A stretch of DNA of 64,000 nt from Takakia lepidozioides (Eukaryota; Plantae; Bryophyta). Positions within the stretch are counted from its first letter, which is position 1. Each line of letters starts with the position of its first letter. The DNA lies in assembly GCA_030704615.1 (NCBI GenBank), contig CM060731.1:96155903-96219902 (forward strand), given 5' to 3'. The notes under the pieces are model-generated. The model was not told the origin of the DNA. It did no database searches and worked only from the letters and a program-made list of their open reading frames with translations. The position numbers were made by a program, and so were the translations under genes. This document shows, in pieces, positions 1 to 13,239 of the stretch.

Positions 1-1644
1 TGCAGCTGTCCTTCTGTTATAGTAACAATTCTCAGTAGAATGGTTATCCATTTTACAGATAGTACAGTGTTTCTCCTTCATGTGGCATTCTGTGGTGGTA
101 TGGCCTTCATTCTGGCACTTTGCACACCATACACCCTTCCTCCAATGTGTTGCAGCCTCTGTGGCATACTTCTTCAAGATTTCTTCCAATCTTTTTTCAT
201 AGTTATCCCTCTTCAACTTCTCCTTTCTCTTACTCTTCCTTTTTAGTTCTTGCTCTTCTTCTTCATCTGACTCATCCTCAGAGTCCTCATCATCCCTTTT
301 CTCTCTCCTGAGCATTCCCAATTGCTCAATTCTGTTTGCAGTTTCAAATGCCTCCTCCACTGTATTATGGGGTAACATATCCACTTTCTTTTGCAACTCT
401 GGTCTTAGTCCACTCACAAACCAAGTCTTCTATAAACCGGGTGCTGGTACTGCAGCCAGCTTTTTCATCATCAATTCCATCTTTTCCATATACTCCTCAA
501 CAGTTTCATGCTTCTTTTGCTTTAACTGTTGTAAACTTCCATACATTTCATCTTCAGTTTTACTTGTCCTGAACCTATTTCGAAATGCTGTATTCAAGCC
601 ATTCCAGGTTAGGAAATGATTATCAGGGAATCTTGCATACCATTCACTTGCTTTCTTGATAAGTGAACAAGGAAACAATCTCATCTTGGCATCATCGCCA
701 TTCTCATTGTTCACTATACACATGTGCTCAAATTGGCTAATGTGTACATCGGGATCCCCTTTTCCGGAATATATTGGAAAGGGTGGTTTTGCCCGTGTTG
801 GTTGTAACGCCATCTGTGGCCCTTCCTTCTGCCCACTGACAGGTGCTGGCACCCTTGCTGGTGCTGGTCCTTCTAGACCTGTTGTTTTTGTGGTGGATCT
901 TCCACCAAGTGGTGGCCCTTGAGCACTCCCTGCTTCTTGCCCCACGATATTCACAGTATTCCCAGCTTCAGTTGCACTACTTCCCACACTCCCTGCCCCC
1001 CCAGAGCCAGATCCAGGCAGCCCGCCTGATCCCCCTGAGCCGACACCTTCGTTGGCCTGTGATCCAAGTGCTCCACTTGATCCAGGTCCAACGGGTTGGG
1101 ATGTCCTGGTTGTAGTCTCAACCTCAGCTGTTGGGTCTACTTCTTCATATTCTTCCTCTTCCAATTTCTTCTCTCTGTTTTCATCCTCCAAGTTCTGCCC
1201 TTGGGTTTCTTCTTCACTCATGTAACTCAACTGTAATGGTGTTGGAGAGTCTGAACTCTCCGTTGGCTCTGCCACATCCTCTTCTCCTTCTTCACCTTCC
1301 GCTTCAGAAACTGGAGTTCCTGCTTTTGGTGTTCCATGCCAACTCTTATCAAAGATTTCTGTCAATTCTTTTATCCAGGGATGTACCTCAGATCTTTCAC
1401 CTTGTGATTGATCTTCTTCCTGTACCAATTCCCTTAATCTTTCTTGCAAAGAAACAGAAGGAGTGGCATCCAACTCTAGTTCTTCCGGTATGGGTGATGT
1501 ACTCTTTGATCTTAATGGTGTGAGAGGTCCAGATGATTCCCCTATGTCTATTCCTCTCTCCCAAAGATATGGATAATTAGCTTTCAGATAGCTTTCTCTT
1601 TTTACTGAATATCTCTGGCGTCTAGCTTCTCTTTCATCACTCAT
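1..1644 (-). pseudogene. gag: Retrotransposon Gag with long acidic/Gly-rich N-terminus and an in-frame stop at 430-432
   Basis: PFPIYSGKGDPDVHISQFE...AKMRLFPCSL..KASEWY...TWNGL..AF..RF and LKQKKHETVEEY are Retrotrans_gag-like. The frame continues past the TAG as KTWFVSGLRPELQKKV, so the stop is a lesion. Confidence 0.85.
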
Positions 1645-1665
1645 GTCCCATGTCTTTCATTTCTT

Positions 1666-2361
1666 TTAATGTGGCAATAACCAAAACTCTCTTCTGTAAT
1701 ATCTCTCGTATATGCCTGGGTTTCTTTCAAGCTTCAATGCACCCTTGGCTATACTTGAAGTCTCCGTTACCATATAACCATATGGCAAACAAGTCTGGAA
1801 AGCTGTTCTTGGTGTGAGTTTGATCCACAAAATATCCTTTGGAATCCAATTCTTTACCAGTACGAGCTCTTCATGCATATGAGTATAAACATTCACCTTT
1901 CTTTCTTCCCAGCCTTCAAACTCTACTCGCTTAATGGATAGCAATGCTATCACATAAACCAACGTTGGTAACCAACGTGCTCTTCCTCTACAGGCTACCT
2001 GATAAATCTTTATCACTCCTTTCTCCAGACCCTATTCCGGATCAGCATCATGCACTCGCTTAAGAATATTTTCTTTACAACCGTCTGGCAATTCCAAGAA
2101 CCTTTGAAACAATTGTTTGGACAATCTTTCTTCCTTCGTTCCACAGGGAATTTGATTCGCTTCAAATTCTTTAATGGTCCAACCACCATGATCCCACCAG
2201 ATGCCTGTCACATCTGGTTGTTCATTACTCAGTTCCCCAGTATGGTCGCCAAATGTCGCGCGGCTTTTACTCACCCATCCCTTCGCTATCCGAGGCGGAA
2301 ACTCCAAGATAGAAGAGTTGGAAATCTCTAAGTACTCAGCCCGTGCAGAACAATCAGTCAT
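1666..2361 (-). CDS. Two tandem ORFs (109 and 116 aa) in the retrotransposon leader upstream of gag, possibly one broken accessory ORF; function unknown
   Basis: ORF track 2032-2361 and 1666-2016, same strand as gag, globular-looking composition, 15 bp apart. Confidence 0.4.
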
Positions 2362-2924
2362 GACCTACAACTAGTGTATCATGGGGGTGTTTCCTATTTG
2401 TTTCCCTTTTGGCATTCATGTTAGCTACCTTACCATTGATAATTAAGTATCAGTTTGCTTTATCAATCTATTGGATTCCATCAACTCATCCATTCATTCC
2501 ACAGCTTCACTCAGATCTCTCTACACAGTGTGATTGTATCGTATAAGTATCCGATTATGATTTATCATGTATCAGGCCGAAGCCATTGTGTCTCTAATCT
2601 GCTCTACAATATCACTACAGTTTTTCATATAGAAAGCATCTACTAATCATCTCTCCTCCTTCACCGTGCTCTCCATCTTTGCTTCCGTTCTTACTCTCCG
2701 CCCGTTCCTCTCTCTTGCATGACCAAGAAGTCCTCCCCCACCAGTGCCTCCAAGAATAATCCCCCCAAAAAGCCCCCTACTCAGTCCTTGCTTCTCCCTT
2801 TATCTTCCTACCCGTGGCTCTAACCGTTTCCCTCACTAACCGTCGTCCGTGAACTAACATGTTCCATTTGCAGGTGTTGTTCCCCACAGTCGTTCCCTGT
2901 CCTGCTCTCCGTTCCCTATGATCG

Positions 2925-3153
2925 TGACAGCTGTGTCAAGCTGTGACTGGCTGTGTGAAACTATGACGGGCTGTGATTGGCTGTGTGACTGTGTTTGGCT
3001 GTGTCGGGCTGTGACTGGCTGTGTGGCTGTGTTGGCTGTGATGGCTGTGTCGGGCTGTGACGAGCTGTGCTGACTGTGTCTGGCTGTGTCGGCTGTGACG
3101 ACTATGACGGCTGTGACGGGCTGTGTTGGCTGTGTCGGCTGTGACGGGCTGTG
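2925..3153. repeat. GGCTGTG(A/T)-based ~9-10 bp minisatellite inside the putative LTR
   Basis: Many degenerate copies of ggctgtgac/ggctgtgtc/ggctgtgtt are visible. Confidence 0.85.
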
Positions 3154-3310
3154 TAACCCCCCTCTACAGTGCGCTGCTGTCACCCCTAAGGCTCCTGTTG
3201 GTCTCAAGTTGTGCAAAAATTAAGGGTACCCTACAGATCCCGTATAAGTGTCTAAGTCCCAGACAGTCCTCTAACAGAAACATGCAATGGGGATGAAGAG
3301 CACTTACTCA

Positions 3311-4808
3311 TAAAAGACGGGGACAATAAGAGCGTGAATGCCAGAAACCATCAAATTCCGAAAACGTGTCTTCTTCCATGTTCTTATGGACTCACCTGTA
3401 CTACCATACTTCTTACAATGCTCTCAAAGTCCCAGCCAAGTAAAGGAATGCAAAGCTACATATTTACACGTTACATGGTAGGGAAGAGATAAGCCCTTCC
3501 AGGTAATCCAAAAATCTACCATTCTATAACTAGTCCAACCCCTTGGACGTTGAAGATTATCCATGTCTTCCAGGCGCAAAGGCACCTGCATAGCTGGAAA
3601 ATTTGTGAAGAACCACACATCAGTGCTTCTATTGTTGTCTTGTCCATGCCGCCTCCTGCAAATAAATACGGAATCCCCCGAATTGCATGAATGTTACATG
3701 ATTTTTGCCTTATATTCAATTGGGTGGTAACGCCAAATTATAGTTGGACCAGACCTTTCATTCAGGCACGTTAGTAAGGAAAACACAGGCACTGTACATG
3801 ATCCACCCACCGTGCACACCCCTAAACCACACCATCATATATAAATGGTATGCCAATATATGCATTACAACCTTGTCTACTGTTTAGTAATAGAAACAAG
3901 AAGAAGGTTACTAGTATGAACTTGTTTATTTTCAGGTTTTGGCTGCCTCCCCTACACAATAACATGATCCAAACTATACCATGTAAATGGAAGAAAAGAG
4001 GGGTTGATTGCGATGTTGAACTCACACTACGTCCTCCATGGCCTTATGCAAGCTGTGAACATAGAGCATGGACTACAGGATTAATTTGCTGCAGTGAATG
4101 GATGTCCTTCACAAAATGAAGTCTCAACACAGCAAACAGAAAAATCAGGTGATGTGAATGAGTAAGGCAGTACCTGGTACATGGTGGTTTTGGATCTCCT
4201 CCCCGAGTCTTCCGAACCTTGATGCTTTGTGCATCCTCCAATGCCAATTGAGCCTCTTTGGCTGATGCTGGTGGAGAGGAGGCTGTCAGGGGCTCAGTAG
4301 GTGTCGTGCGCACAATTTGTTGGGCAAAAGTTGGAGGATCTGGTGCAACAACCTGTGAACTGTTTAACGCCATCTCCATTTGTGTCATAGCCCCTGGCAA
4401 GTCCATATGAGAGAGATCATTGTCGTACCCACTTTGGTTGTTGAAAGGCAGGGATGTTGAGTTCGGGCCTTCATCACACCGCAAGGCCGCTGTAAATACA
4501 TCAGGGGGAGCTGCAGCAGTTCCCAGATTGACTTCTTCACGCACCACATGCACTTCCGCAGATGGCTCAGTTTGGGGATGCAGGTGTTCAAGCACAGTGA
4601 CTAGAGTGGGGTTTGAATTGTCACAAGCCAGTAGCTGCTCTTCAACAAACATGGCAACATGTGTATCACAAGAAGCATGGTCTTTTGTCCCATGTGGATG
4701 ACCCTGGATAGTGCGCTCCACTCGTTGCCACATATCAACCTGCCCATCCTCATGTGTAGGTTGTACCATGCCAATGATAGTTTGTCCACTTCGCACACAC
4801 TGGTCCAC
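3311..4808 (-). pseudogene. Ulp1/C48 SUMO-protease-like cargo gene of element X, truncated by the retrotransposon before the catalytic His
   Basis: LRLEDMDNLQRPRGWTSYRMVDFW...ALHSFTW...IRTWKKTRF...ALIVPVFY resembles the Ulp1 N-terminal core (DL..L.P..WL.D..I.F, W.K...LIVP). A GTAAGT donor follows at ~3310. A low-complexity upstream exon lies at 4174-4808. Confidence 0.55.
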
Positions 4809-4939
4809 AATGCCCGCAAGCTGTTCCGGGCCAGGGCTGTGGCTTCATGTATGGCAGCATTCATGAATGTATATTGAGCACCTGGTTGACATTGTAGTGG
4901 TGTGAATGGACAGACATAAAGACTACGAGAAAGTGCATA

Positions 4940-7900
4940 ATGAATTGGGAAAGAGGAACGGAGCGTACCAGGGGAAATGCGCATCCAACCAATCCACAAA
5001 TCCTCCCGCTGCCTGAGACAGGTCTGAAATTGATGGAGGGCCGCTTCTCTAGCATCACGAGTGGTGGCCCCACACCACAACGAATGGCTGGATTCAAAAG
5101 TGAGTTGCGAGGAATTGATTGGGAATCTTTGAAGCAGGTGCCTGTGAAGTTCTTGCCAAAGACTTTTGATGGCGATATCCTATTCGAGCTGCCTCCTTCT
5201 CCGCGAGTTGGAGGTGTAACAATCATGATGCATGGAATGGACAAGAAACACGACGGGCACCCGTGGTGCAGAACAAAAACATCCAATATTCAAAATGATG
5301 ACAAGCTTGTTTTCAGGAGAACAGTTTGCAATGGACACCTTAGGTGTGATAATTTGAATTGCAGACACTTTCTTCAGTTTGGGGTTCATAATCAAAGCGA
5401 ATGGGAGGGTCTGGCGGAAAATCCATTTCAGCCTGGGACTGCCCTACCACTGGCAAACACTTTCGTCTGCAAATTCTGCAAACTTGTGCCATCCTGCTTG
5501 GCGCTCTGCGGAGCAAGAATGTACTATGTTGTCCACCGTTTGAAAACAATGAAAGAGCTTGTGTGCATTTCGGATTCCATAACCATCCTGTCTTGAGGGG
5601 GATTACAGGGAGAGTGTTGAGACAGTATCGAGGTTGATTAAACAGGAGTTCGGGAGAAACCCATCCGCACATCTGCAATTGCTCTTGGCGCAAGCAAGTC
5701 CTTCTTGGAAAGCCATATTTTGAGTGAAGGGGATTCTGTGGGGACTAAACTGACGGTCCAGCATTGGACCTGGTCATGGATCATTTCTCCACTTTGAGTT
5801 CACCTAACATTCGGCATTAGGTCAATGCATTAAGAATGGGCTCTGGTATCAGATGCTACATAGACAACATTTTGGAGTTGAAACGAGTGAGCAAGTATGA
5901 TTACATCCAGGACAATGTATTCCCAGGTCATTGAAGAGGCGGTTGTCCCAAACAAGACAGAAAATGGACGGGCGTCAACTGTATTGGTTGGTCTACGTCC
6001 CATCAAAGTTTTTCTTTTCAAAATGTCGACTGTTGGGGAGGGCAGTGGGGTTAGCCTCGTGAAGCGGATGCAGAAGACTGGGGACTTGCAGAACTGTTTT
6101 CTTATGTTTGATCATGTGAAACGAGTGAAGGATTGGACGACAATGGCTTGTCATGTCTACAATCCAGTTTACCAACGAGTTATGACAATTGCAGTTTGTG
6201 ACATGCAATCCGAGGATATGGAATCCCAGAAGCTCATGTGGAATTCCCTGATACGTGTCATGGGCTGCCATCTCCAAATTTCGCAGGTTTCATGGCAGAT
6301 AGTGCTCAAGCAAATTTCAATGCTGTTCGTATTGTCTTCGGATCGGGCGACCCAAAAGTGCCAATGCGAGGAAGAGAGCGTACATGTCTATTCCATTGGA
6401 CACAATCTTTGGAAAAACATACAAAGTCGGACATCAAACCAGAGATGCAGACTCAACACCGTAAATTGTGCAAAGAGTACAAAGATGCTAGAACAATGAA
6501 GGAGGCGGACACTTTGTTCCAGACAATTCGTGTTTGGTGGTTCTTTTATGGAGCTGCATCACTTGAGAGTATGAGAGCATTGGAAGATTGGCTGGCGTTT
6601 TGGCACTTCCGGTATAGACAGTGGGGAGCAGCCATGGCAGTGATACGAGGCTTATATTTCTTGCTTTATTCATACATTTACTTTCCATTTTATTGTCTCC
6701 TCGCTTTCTTTATGTTGTTTCATGTTTACTGTTTTGAAGTGTGGTTCTCCACTTTGTAGAACATGTCCATTGAGGAAATGACGGACATACCATCTTGCAA
6801 TTTGGCAGAAACTGTGCACAACGCATGGTTGCAGCAGTCTGGGAAACGAGGTCGGGATTTGTATGTGGCAACAACAGATGATTTGATACGTGCCTTGCAA
6901 CAACAAACCCAATACCGTGATTTCTTGCGAGGTGGGGTTGGTGGCAAGGGTTCGGACAAATGGGAGTTGATGTTGCATGCTGCAAACAGATCTGGGGATC
7001 CAATCAAGATAGCACGGGCGGTGAGCATGTATGCCCAGGGAACGCCACTTGTTTCTAGAGTTCCACATGTTGAAGGGGAGGAGAGATTCGGCTCTTGTAA
7101 GAGGAAATTGAACACTCCACCTGGTTCGGATTCCGATTCGCACAGGGCAGACCGTGATAACTTCTCGAAGCCTCGTGTTCCCCTGCATGACAGCTCCATG
7201 TCAGGAACCTCCATTGTGGAGGAACCTCCAACACGACGTCAAGCTCCAGCATCAAACAGTGCCACTGAAATGGTGCAGGAGAGAAACAACCCCTTTGATG
7301 TGCTTGAGTCCGCATGCCCCGACCACGTTTGGCACATAGAACGCACAAGTGTAGGGTCTCGTGTGAAATGTACAGCGATCAAGGCAATTAATTTCGAGCA
7401 GTGCACTTCATCTATATCCAGAGGTGGTGCCCGAACTCCTGCTCCGACTTTCACGGGTTTGATGCGTCCATACGGTCAACCAGAAGCCAAGAACCACAAG
7501 TTCTGGTTCTGCGCAGATGATTGTGCCAGATGTGTGCATGGAACTGTGCGTCCTTCCGTAGTGATGAAGCCATCTCCTCCAACCGTTTGGCCCGTGAGGG
7601 TGGGAACACATCTCAGATTTCAGGAGATTGAAATGCTGGAGGAGGCAGGTTTTTTCCTTGCGAGACAACCCCAACTCCATGCATGTGCTACTACTTCTGC
7701 GTCCTCCCGGGTCCCCCCGGCAAATCCTGACTTGTGGCCAGCCAAACGAGATGGAAAGCTCGTTCGGCGTTTCCCTCCAACCGCTGAACACTTTGGCAAA
7801 GTGGAGTCCGCAAGAATGCTCCAAGCTCGTGTTGGAAGCACCACGGAAGTACCCGATCCAGGATATGGTCGGGTATTCACAATCATCACTTCCACATCTG

Positions 7901-8145
7901 CTGTTCATGACAGGACCTACGACATCACGGTTTCCAATTTCCCCAATTGCACATGTCCTGATTTTGTGAATATGCTATCAACCAGTTTGGGCAAGAGAGG
8001 TAAATTTATACCCTGCAAACATTTGTATTTCATATTTTTGAAGAGGATGGTTTGCGATCCCAAACGTGACAACTTCATTCACTAGGCCACTATGAGTTTC
8101 AACGAGGTCGATACTCTATTGCAGCGGGATACAACACATAGGTAG
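4940..8145 (+). pseudogene. MULE transposase of element X (GCM/WRKY-like Zn domain, DDE core, SWIM) with several frameshifts and a premature TAG at 8083-8085
   Basis: DKKHDGHPWCRTKT..CNGHLRCDNLNC..HFGFHNHP; D1 in LMFDHVKR; D2 in FMADSAQA; CxxH in CLFHW; E in CNLAETVH; SWIM CTCPDF..PCKH. One intron at ~6640-6759. Confidence 0.85.
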
Positions 8146-8579
8146 CATCAACTATGCAATGTGGTATGTGGATGACCATGATTTGAAATGTGTAATTCAC
8201 ATCAATTCGTCGGCGGTGCAATGATATGGCCTCCAACTATACTGAGTGAGCTCTGAGTGGCAACTTTTAAAAAGACATTTGTCATTGCACCGTTCGAAGT
8301 CTTCATGTCTTGTTGTCGCTATGCACTACAATCATCTTTTGAAGATGATCCTAACTCTCATTGTTATTTGAGGAGGGAGGAAGGTCTTCCCGTGGCAGCC
8401 TCTATGGCACACACTTTGTGAGGATATTTTCTCATCCTCGTAATTGTAAAAGTTAAACAAGCATTTGTAATTGCACAATGTTGGATGCTACAATTGTAGG
8501 CCTCATGGTAATCTTGATTCTATTTAGGCAAGATTCCCTGCATTAATTTCACGGTCATAGGACCATCCTCGGTTATAGG

Positions 8580-8635
8580 GAGGTTTGCTATTTCATGAGC
8601 ATGAGCGGCATGAGCGGCATGAGCGGCATGAGCAG
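8580..8635 (+). repeat. Left TIR of element A with tandem (GC)ATGAGC motifs
   Basis: Inverted counterpart at 21556-21614. Confidence 0.85.
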
Positions 8636-8811
8636 AGTAGTAACACAATCGGTTTTCATGAGCAGAAGTACAAATTTCGAAAATAAAAAACAATAAAAAA
8701 CAATAATTTAATGCAATGTGTCAGGAAAAACAAATATATTATTCGGCCCCTTGAAGGAAAAATTGCACTTTTGACAGTTGTGCTCATGAAATTTCGTCTT
8801 CCGCTCATGCC

Positions 8812-9192
8812 AATTCCCAGCGACATGTGCAAATATGGCGCCGAATTTCGCGGTAATAGGGTCCGTAACCTGAAAAAACGGCGACGTATTTCGCGGCAAT
8901 AGGTCTTTCTGGCGAAAAATGGTGCCGAATTCCACGGCTATAGGTCCCCTCATGACAGGTAATTCGGCGCCATTTTTCCAGTGCATGTTCGGACTTAGCC
9001 AGTTTTCGGCCCAAAAAAGAGAAATTCGGCGCCATTTTTCCAGACACGGTACCAGTGCATGTTGGGACTTAGCCAGTTTTCGGCCCCAAAAAGAGAAATT
9101 CGGCGCCATTTTCCCAAACACAGGTACCAGTGCATGTTGGGACTTAGCGGGTTTTCGGCCCCAAAAAGAGAAATTCGGCGCCATTTTTCCAG
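8812..9192. repeat. Subterminal repeats of A (three ~75-bp units plus degenerate copies) carrying AAATTCGGCGCC
   Basis: cagtgcatgttgggacttagc..ttttcggccc..gaaattcggcgccatttt at ~8978, ~9053 and ~9128. Confidence 0.85.
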
Positions 9193-9348
9193 AAATAGCC
9201 CCACAACTGCTTCTGTTGGATCTCAGTTTGAATGGAATATTGCCTCATTCCAGGAGTTTTGGGGTGCATTTCATTACACTGCAAAAAAAAAGTCTGATAC
9301 AGCAAAATGCATTTGAAAATATCCATATGGAGGATTCCGTTTGCCCCA

Positions 9349-12300
9349 TCAATGATTTCTGGAATCCCTAAGGAGGAGTTTGTGCAGCTCGTTCACGCTC
9401 AACGCCGGTGCATGAATAAAGTCATCAATAGTCACGTTCATCCTCAACCTCTTCAGGTAAATGTAATACAGATGCTTGCACGGATAATACTTCGAACCCT
9501 TCTTTGCTTCCATCAACGAGAAGTCCGTACAGTTGCAAGTCGGCTCCACTCCAATCGTAATTGTGTATACATCGTCGCGTACAGCCGAGCCGGCCGTTGC
9601 CATCCGATACACATGCCCAAGGCCGGGTGGGGGTACGTCCACGGAGCTCTGAATAGTGCAAGCCATCCCAAGAGCATTGGCAATCCGAGTCTCATTCAAC
9701 TTGTTGGGAGGGTGTCGTCTCTTCACTCTTCCGAATCGCATTGTGGGATGTGCAGAATTGTCCAATCCGTCTCTACTGGACCGAGCAGTCTGCAATGGCT
9801 GGGTCTGAGGAACCGGAAATGCGTGGGCCGGGATGTCTGTGCGTTGCACCATTCGAAATCCTGCTGCAGATAGAGCATCCGCCTCATTCTGAGAGAGGCT
9901 GCAACCCGGTGCAACAGGCCAGACGCCCGGAGGCTCCGGCATTCCCTGAATCCCGTACTTGGGCTTGCCAAATACACAGGTCATTATGTCGTGCCTACAG
10001 AACCAAAATGTCTGCGTTGTGGCGTGAGCAAATGTGGGAGTCAAAATCTGCCGCTGAAACAAGGTGCAGGTACAGCACCGTGTGGGTTCCTCCGAATCAT
10101 CTCACCACAGCGTGCTCTCGTATCCACCCGGATGGCGCAACACTTCCCTCGAAATGCCGGCAATGTCCTCGCAATTCTCCACTGTGACTCCGACACTCTT
10201 GTCTCCACAATGGGAATGTTGTATTGCTTTACTACAGATGGCTCGTTATGTTGCCGGGGCACGCGCCCTGTGCTCAAAGGAGATGGCGATCTTGAACGTG
10301 CAGGACTTCCGGTGCTCGACGAGACCTCCTCGGACAACATCACCGGACCACGAGGGAGCGTGCGAATATTCTTGTCAGCTCGCCATGAATCCTCTTCTCC
10401 GCCAGGTGCCTCGTCAAGTCTTCGTCTCACTGGACGGGTATGAACATCTCCTTCCAAATGTTGGCCTCTTCGCAGCAATGGCGTGTCCCGAAGGCCCTCT
10501 CGCAAGGCCGCCGCCCACTTCCGAGGATTCTTCGATCTGGAGGCAGTCCGCATCAGCATTTCCTGCCTGTCCGGCCCCAAGCCCCACTGTTTCCCTTTCA
10601 AGAACTCGTTGTACCTGCATTGCTGCATAATTGACCTCACAATGTCCTCCGTTGTGGCAGTGAGGATGTCCACCAGATGCGCCGCAGAGGAGGCACGCCA
10701 GGAAGAGTGCACTGATTCGGCCATGTTTGTCGTGGGCATGTCGGTGTCGGAGTCGAGACACATTTCCTGCACAAGCACATGTTGAGGTTACAAGCAAGTT
10801 ACAAATATGGCCAAGAATAATATCCAACGGGACGCGAATTCGTGCAACTCACCTCCCGCATATAGTCGCCGAACTGGAGGAAACGATAATGCCACCATGC
10901 TAGCCAACTGACCATTGCTCCTTCGTCTGATTTCCTTACAGCACCTGACGATGTCCACCAAGCCCGTATGCATGCAAACTGTGTCTCTGCATCATCCAAG
11001 GTGGGAGCGCGCTTCCACGCAAGGCACATGGAACGGTGCTCCTCTCTGAAATCTGGCGCCACGAGCCTGGTTGTGTACTGCGAAAGGCTCTGCAGAAAAT
11101 GGAACCCACAAGATCTCTCCTTGCCTTCCATGGGAACATTGGGGTCTTGCCCGTACACCCTTCGGATGGCAGCCCAATTTGCTTGTGCGTTGTCCGCCAT
11201 GAAACCACGGAAATTGGGAGGGGGCAATCCCGCCTTGGCCATCTGTTCGTTTATTCCCTGCCAAAGAAGCATCTCCGATTGTGTGTCCTCTCCTTTCATT
11301 CACAAATAGCAATTGTCATTAGCATCCTGCAGTGGGTGTCGTAGACATGTGCACCCATTGTCACCCACTGGTGATTTGTAATTCGCTTGATATGGTCGAA
11401 CATGACCCAACTGTTTGACAAGTTCCCACTCGTCATCCTGTCGACCAGTTCGACGCCACTGCCAGGTCCACACGTGGACATTTTGAATACGAAACAACGA
11501 TCTGCCTCAGTCCCTTGTCCTGGAAACCTACTTCCATGAATGTAGTCATATCCACATCGTCGCTTCACCTCCAGAATGGAGTGCATATCCGAGCCACGCC
11601 CAATTTTCTGTTTGCATGAGACAATGTGGTTTCGGACATTCGGTGAACATACGTGGGACACCGACTCCAGCAATGCCTCCATTTCCTTCTCGTCGAGAGG
11701 AACTCTATCGGAGCCGTCTTCCGACATAATTCTGGCCAATGCCATCTTATGGGCGGCTTGGAGCTGTATCTGTTTGGGTTTGGCACCCGGTCTCAACTTA
11801 ACCTCCTCCTGAACGAGCTGCTCTGCTTCGTGGGCAGCCTCCCGCGAGTTCCCCCTCGCCAATTTGTGACAATGGGAACCAACGTGTATGCAAGCTCGGG
11901 TGAGGTCAGGGAAACGGTGCAACACATAGAACTGCTTGGCATTACAAACAGACATGCAGTGTGGTGGTTCTTTGCAATGCGCACACTTAAATGTGGAGTT
12001 CGGAACCTTCTCCTGAGCTCGAAATGGTTGGTGAGCTGTGCCTGTCCAATCGGTCTCGTTCCTGTGACCTCTGGATTTAAAGTGGAAGCAAGTTGGGGAG
12101 AAACACCGCAACGCGCCCGCACAAACAACGTAGCGCACCCGCACACCATCAAGCATCTTCATGCTGGTGGTTTTGGTAACGCACCAAGGATGACCGTCAT
12201 GTTTTCTATCCATATCTGTCAACATTCCGGACGCCCTCGAGTAGTCCGCCCGAGGAGGGAACTCAAAGAAGATATTACCGTCGACGTCGGCGGGAAGGCA

Positions 12301-12939
12301 TGTAACCGATTTAATTGCGAACTTGCTGTAGTCCAGCCCGGCCAGCTCCGACCGGTGTCCCTCCAGGTGAAGCCCTCGCAGAATTTCTAGAATAGATCGA
12401 ACTGCGGTGCTCGTGCTGGGAATATGACTCCCTCCTCCACTGACGTCCATTGAGGACTTGCCTGATCTCCAGGACGACCTCGGAACTTCCATGACCTCGT
12501 CTGAGTCGGACAGGTTGTGAACAACCCGGTTCTCGGTCGTCTTCATGGATGGGTTCGGCTCTGGATTTACTTCGTTGCGGACTTCTCTCTTTGAGGTACC
12601 CACTCTCTGATTCGCGGATTGTTTCGTGGAAGGCGCCAGGATAGACGGTGCATTTGGCGGGCAAATGAAGTCCCCAACAGCCCTGTATATGACGCTGTCC
12701 GATGGTGGAACTCGCCATTCCCTGCCATCGCCGAAATCATCGTGGAGCACAACAATACTCTCGACAACAAGGCCGTTTGAGTCCTTCCTTTCCTCCTCCA
12801 AAAAAACCGACCCCGGTTTCAGGTGGTATCGAACGCACAGATATTTCTCCATCACCCGGCAGGTGTCCCCTCTGCACGGAAATGAAGCTCTATGCTCGTG
12901 AGGAGGGCAGTACACTGTAGCGCTCGGGTTTTCCGCCAT
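9349..12939 (-). pseudogene. MULE transposase of element A (GCM-like DBD, DDE, SWIM) with one intron and two 1-nt frameshifts
   Basis: DRKHDGHPWCVTKT..CAGALRCFSPTC..HVGSHCH; WVMFDHIKR; FMADNAQA; CGFHF; TNMAESVH; CNCTDF..PCKH. Frameshifts at ~11299 (IAIC/MKGED vs IAVCDMQSED in X) and ~10043. The intron at ~10770-10852 is at the same position as in X. Confidence 0.88.
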
Positions 12940-13239
12940 GGGAGATGTGCACACAAGACTGCCAGGATGGCGTGCGGGGAAGCTCCCTGGTAGAAGGGGG
13001 TGCAGCGATGGGAATGAATGCGATGCCGATTTGTCCGAGCGACGAAGCCTGATCCAAATCCAGGGAGCCAACTATCTCAAAAATCCACAGTCAGAGTGTT
13101 AATGAACCTTGTCTCCGGAATGCGGCCCCTGGTCTTTGCGCAATAACTGCCAACGGTATGCAGTCAGAAAGTGGGGGGCCGTCCGGATGATGACGGCTGA
13201 AGGGGAGAAGCCGGCACCGTGCCCTCACATTACTACCCC

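Larger units (their letters stand above)
1..3276 (-). mobile_element. Ty3/Gypsy-type LTR retrotransposon, 5' part (5' LTR, leader, gag), running off the left edge and inserted into the Ulp1-like gene of element X
   Basis: Retrotransposon gag ORF on the minus strand. The minus strand begins TGTTAGAGG at 3276, an LTR-like TG start, and flanking sequence at 3277+ resumes as an intron of a protease-like gene. The inner LTR boundary is not resolved. Confidence 0.75.

Noticed and set aside
2733-2752. PBS-like TGGAGGCACTGGTGGGGG on the minus strand
   Set aside because: It is not directly preceded by an LTR-terminal CA, and I cannot assign the tRNA, so it is left unannotated.
10043-11299. Programmed frameshifting in the A transposase
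   Set aside because: The homologs X and C are in frame at the equivalent positions where visible, so simple 1-nt lesions or sequencing indels suffice.
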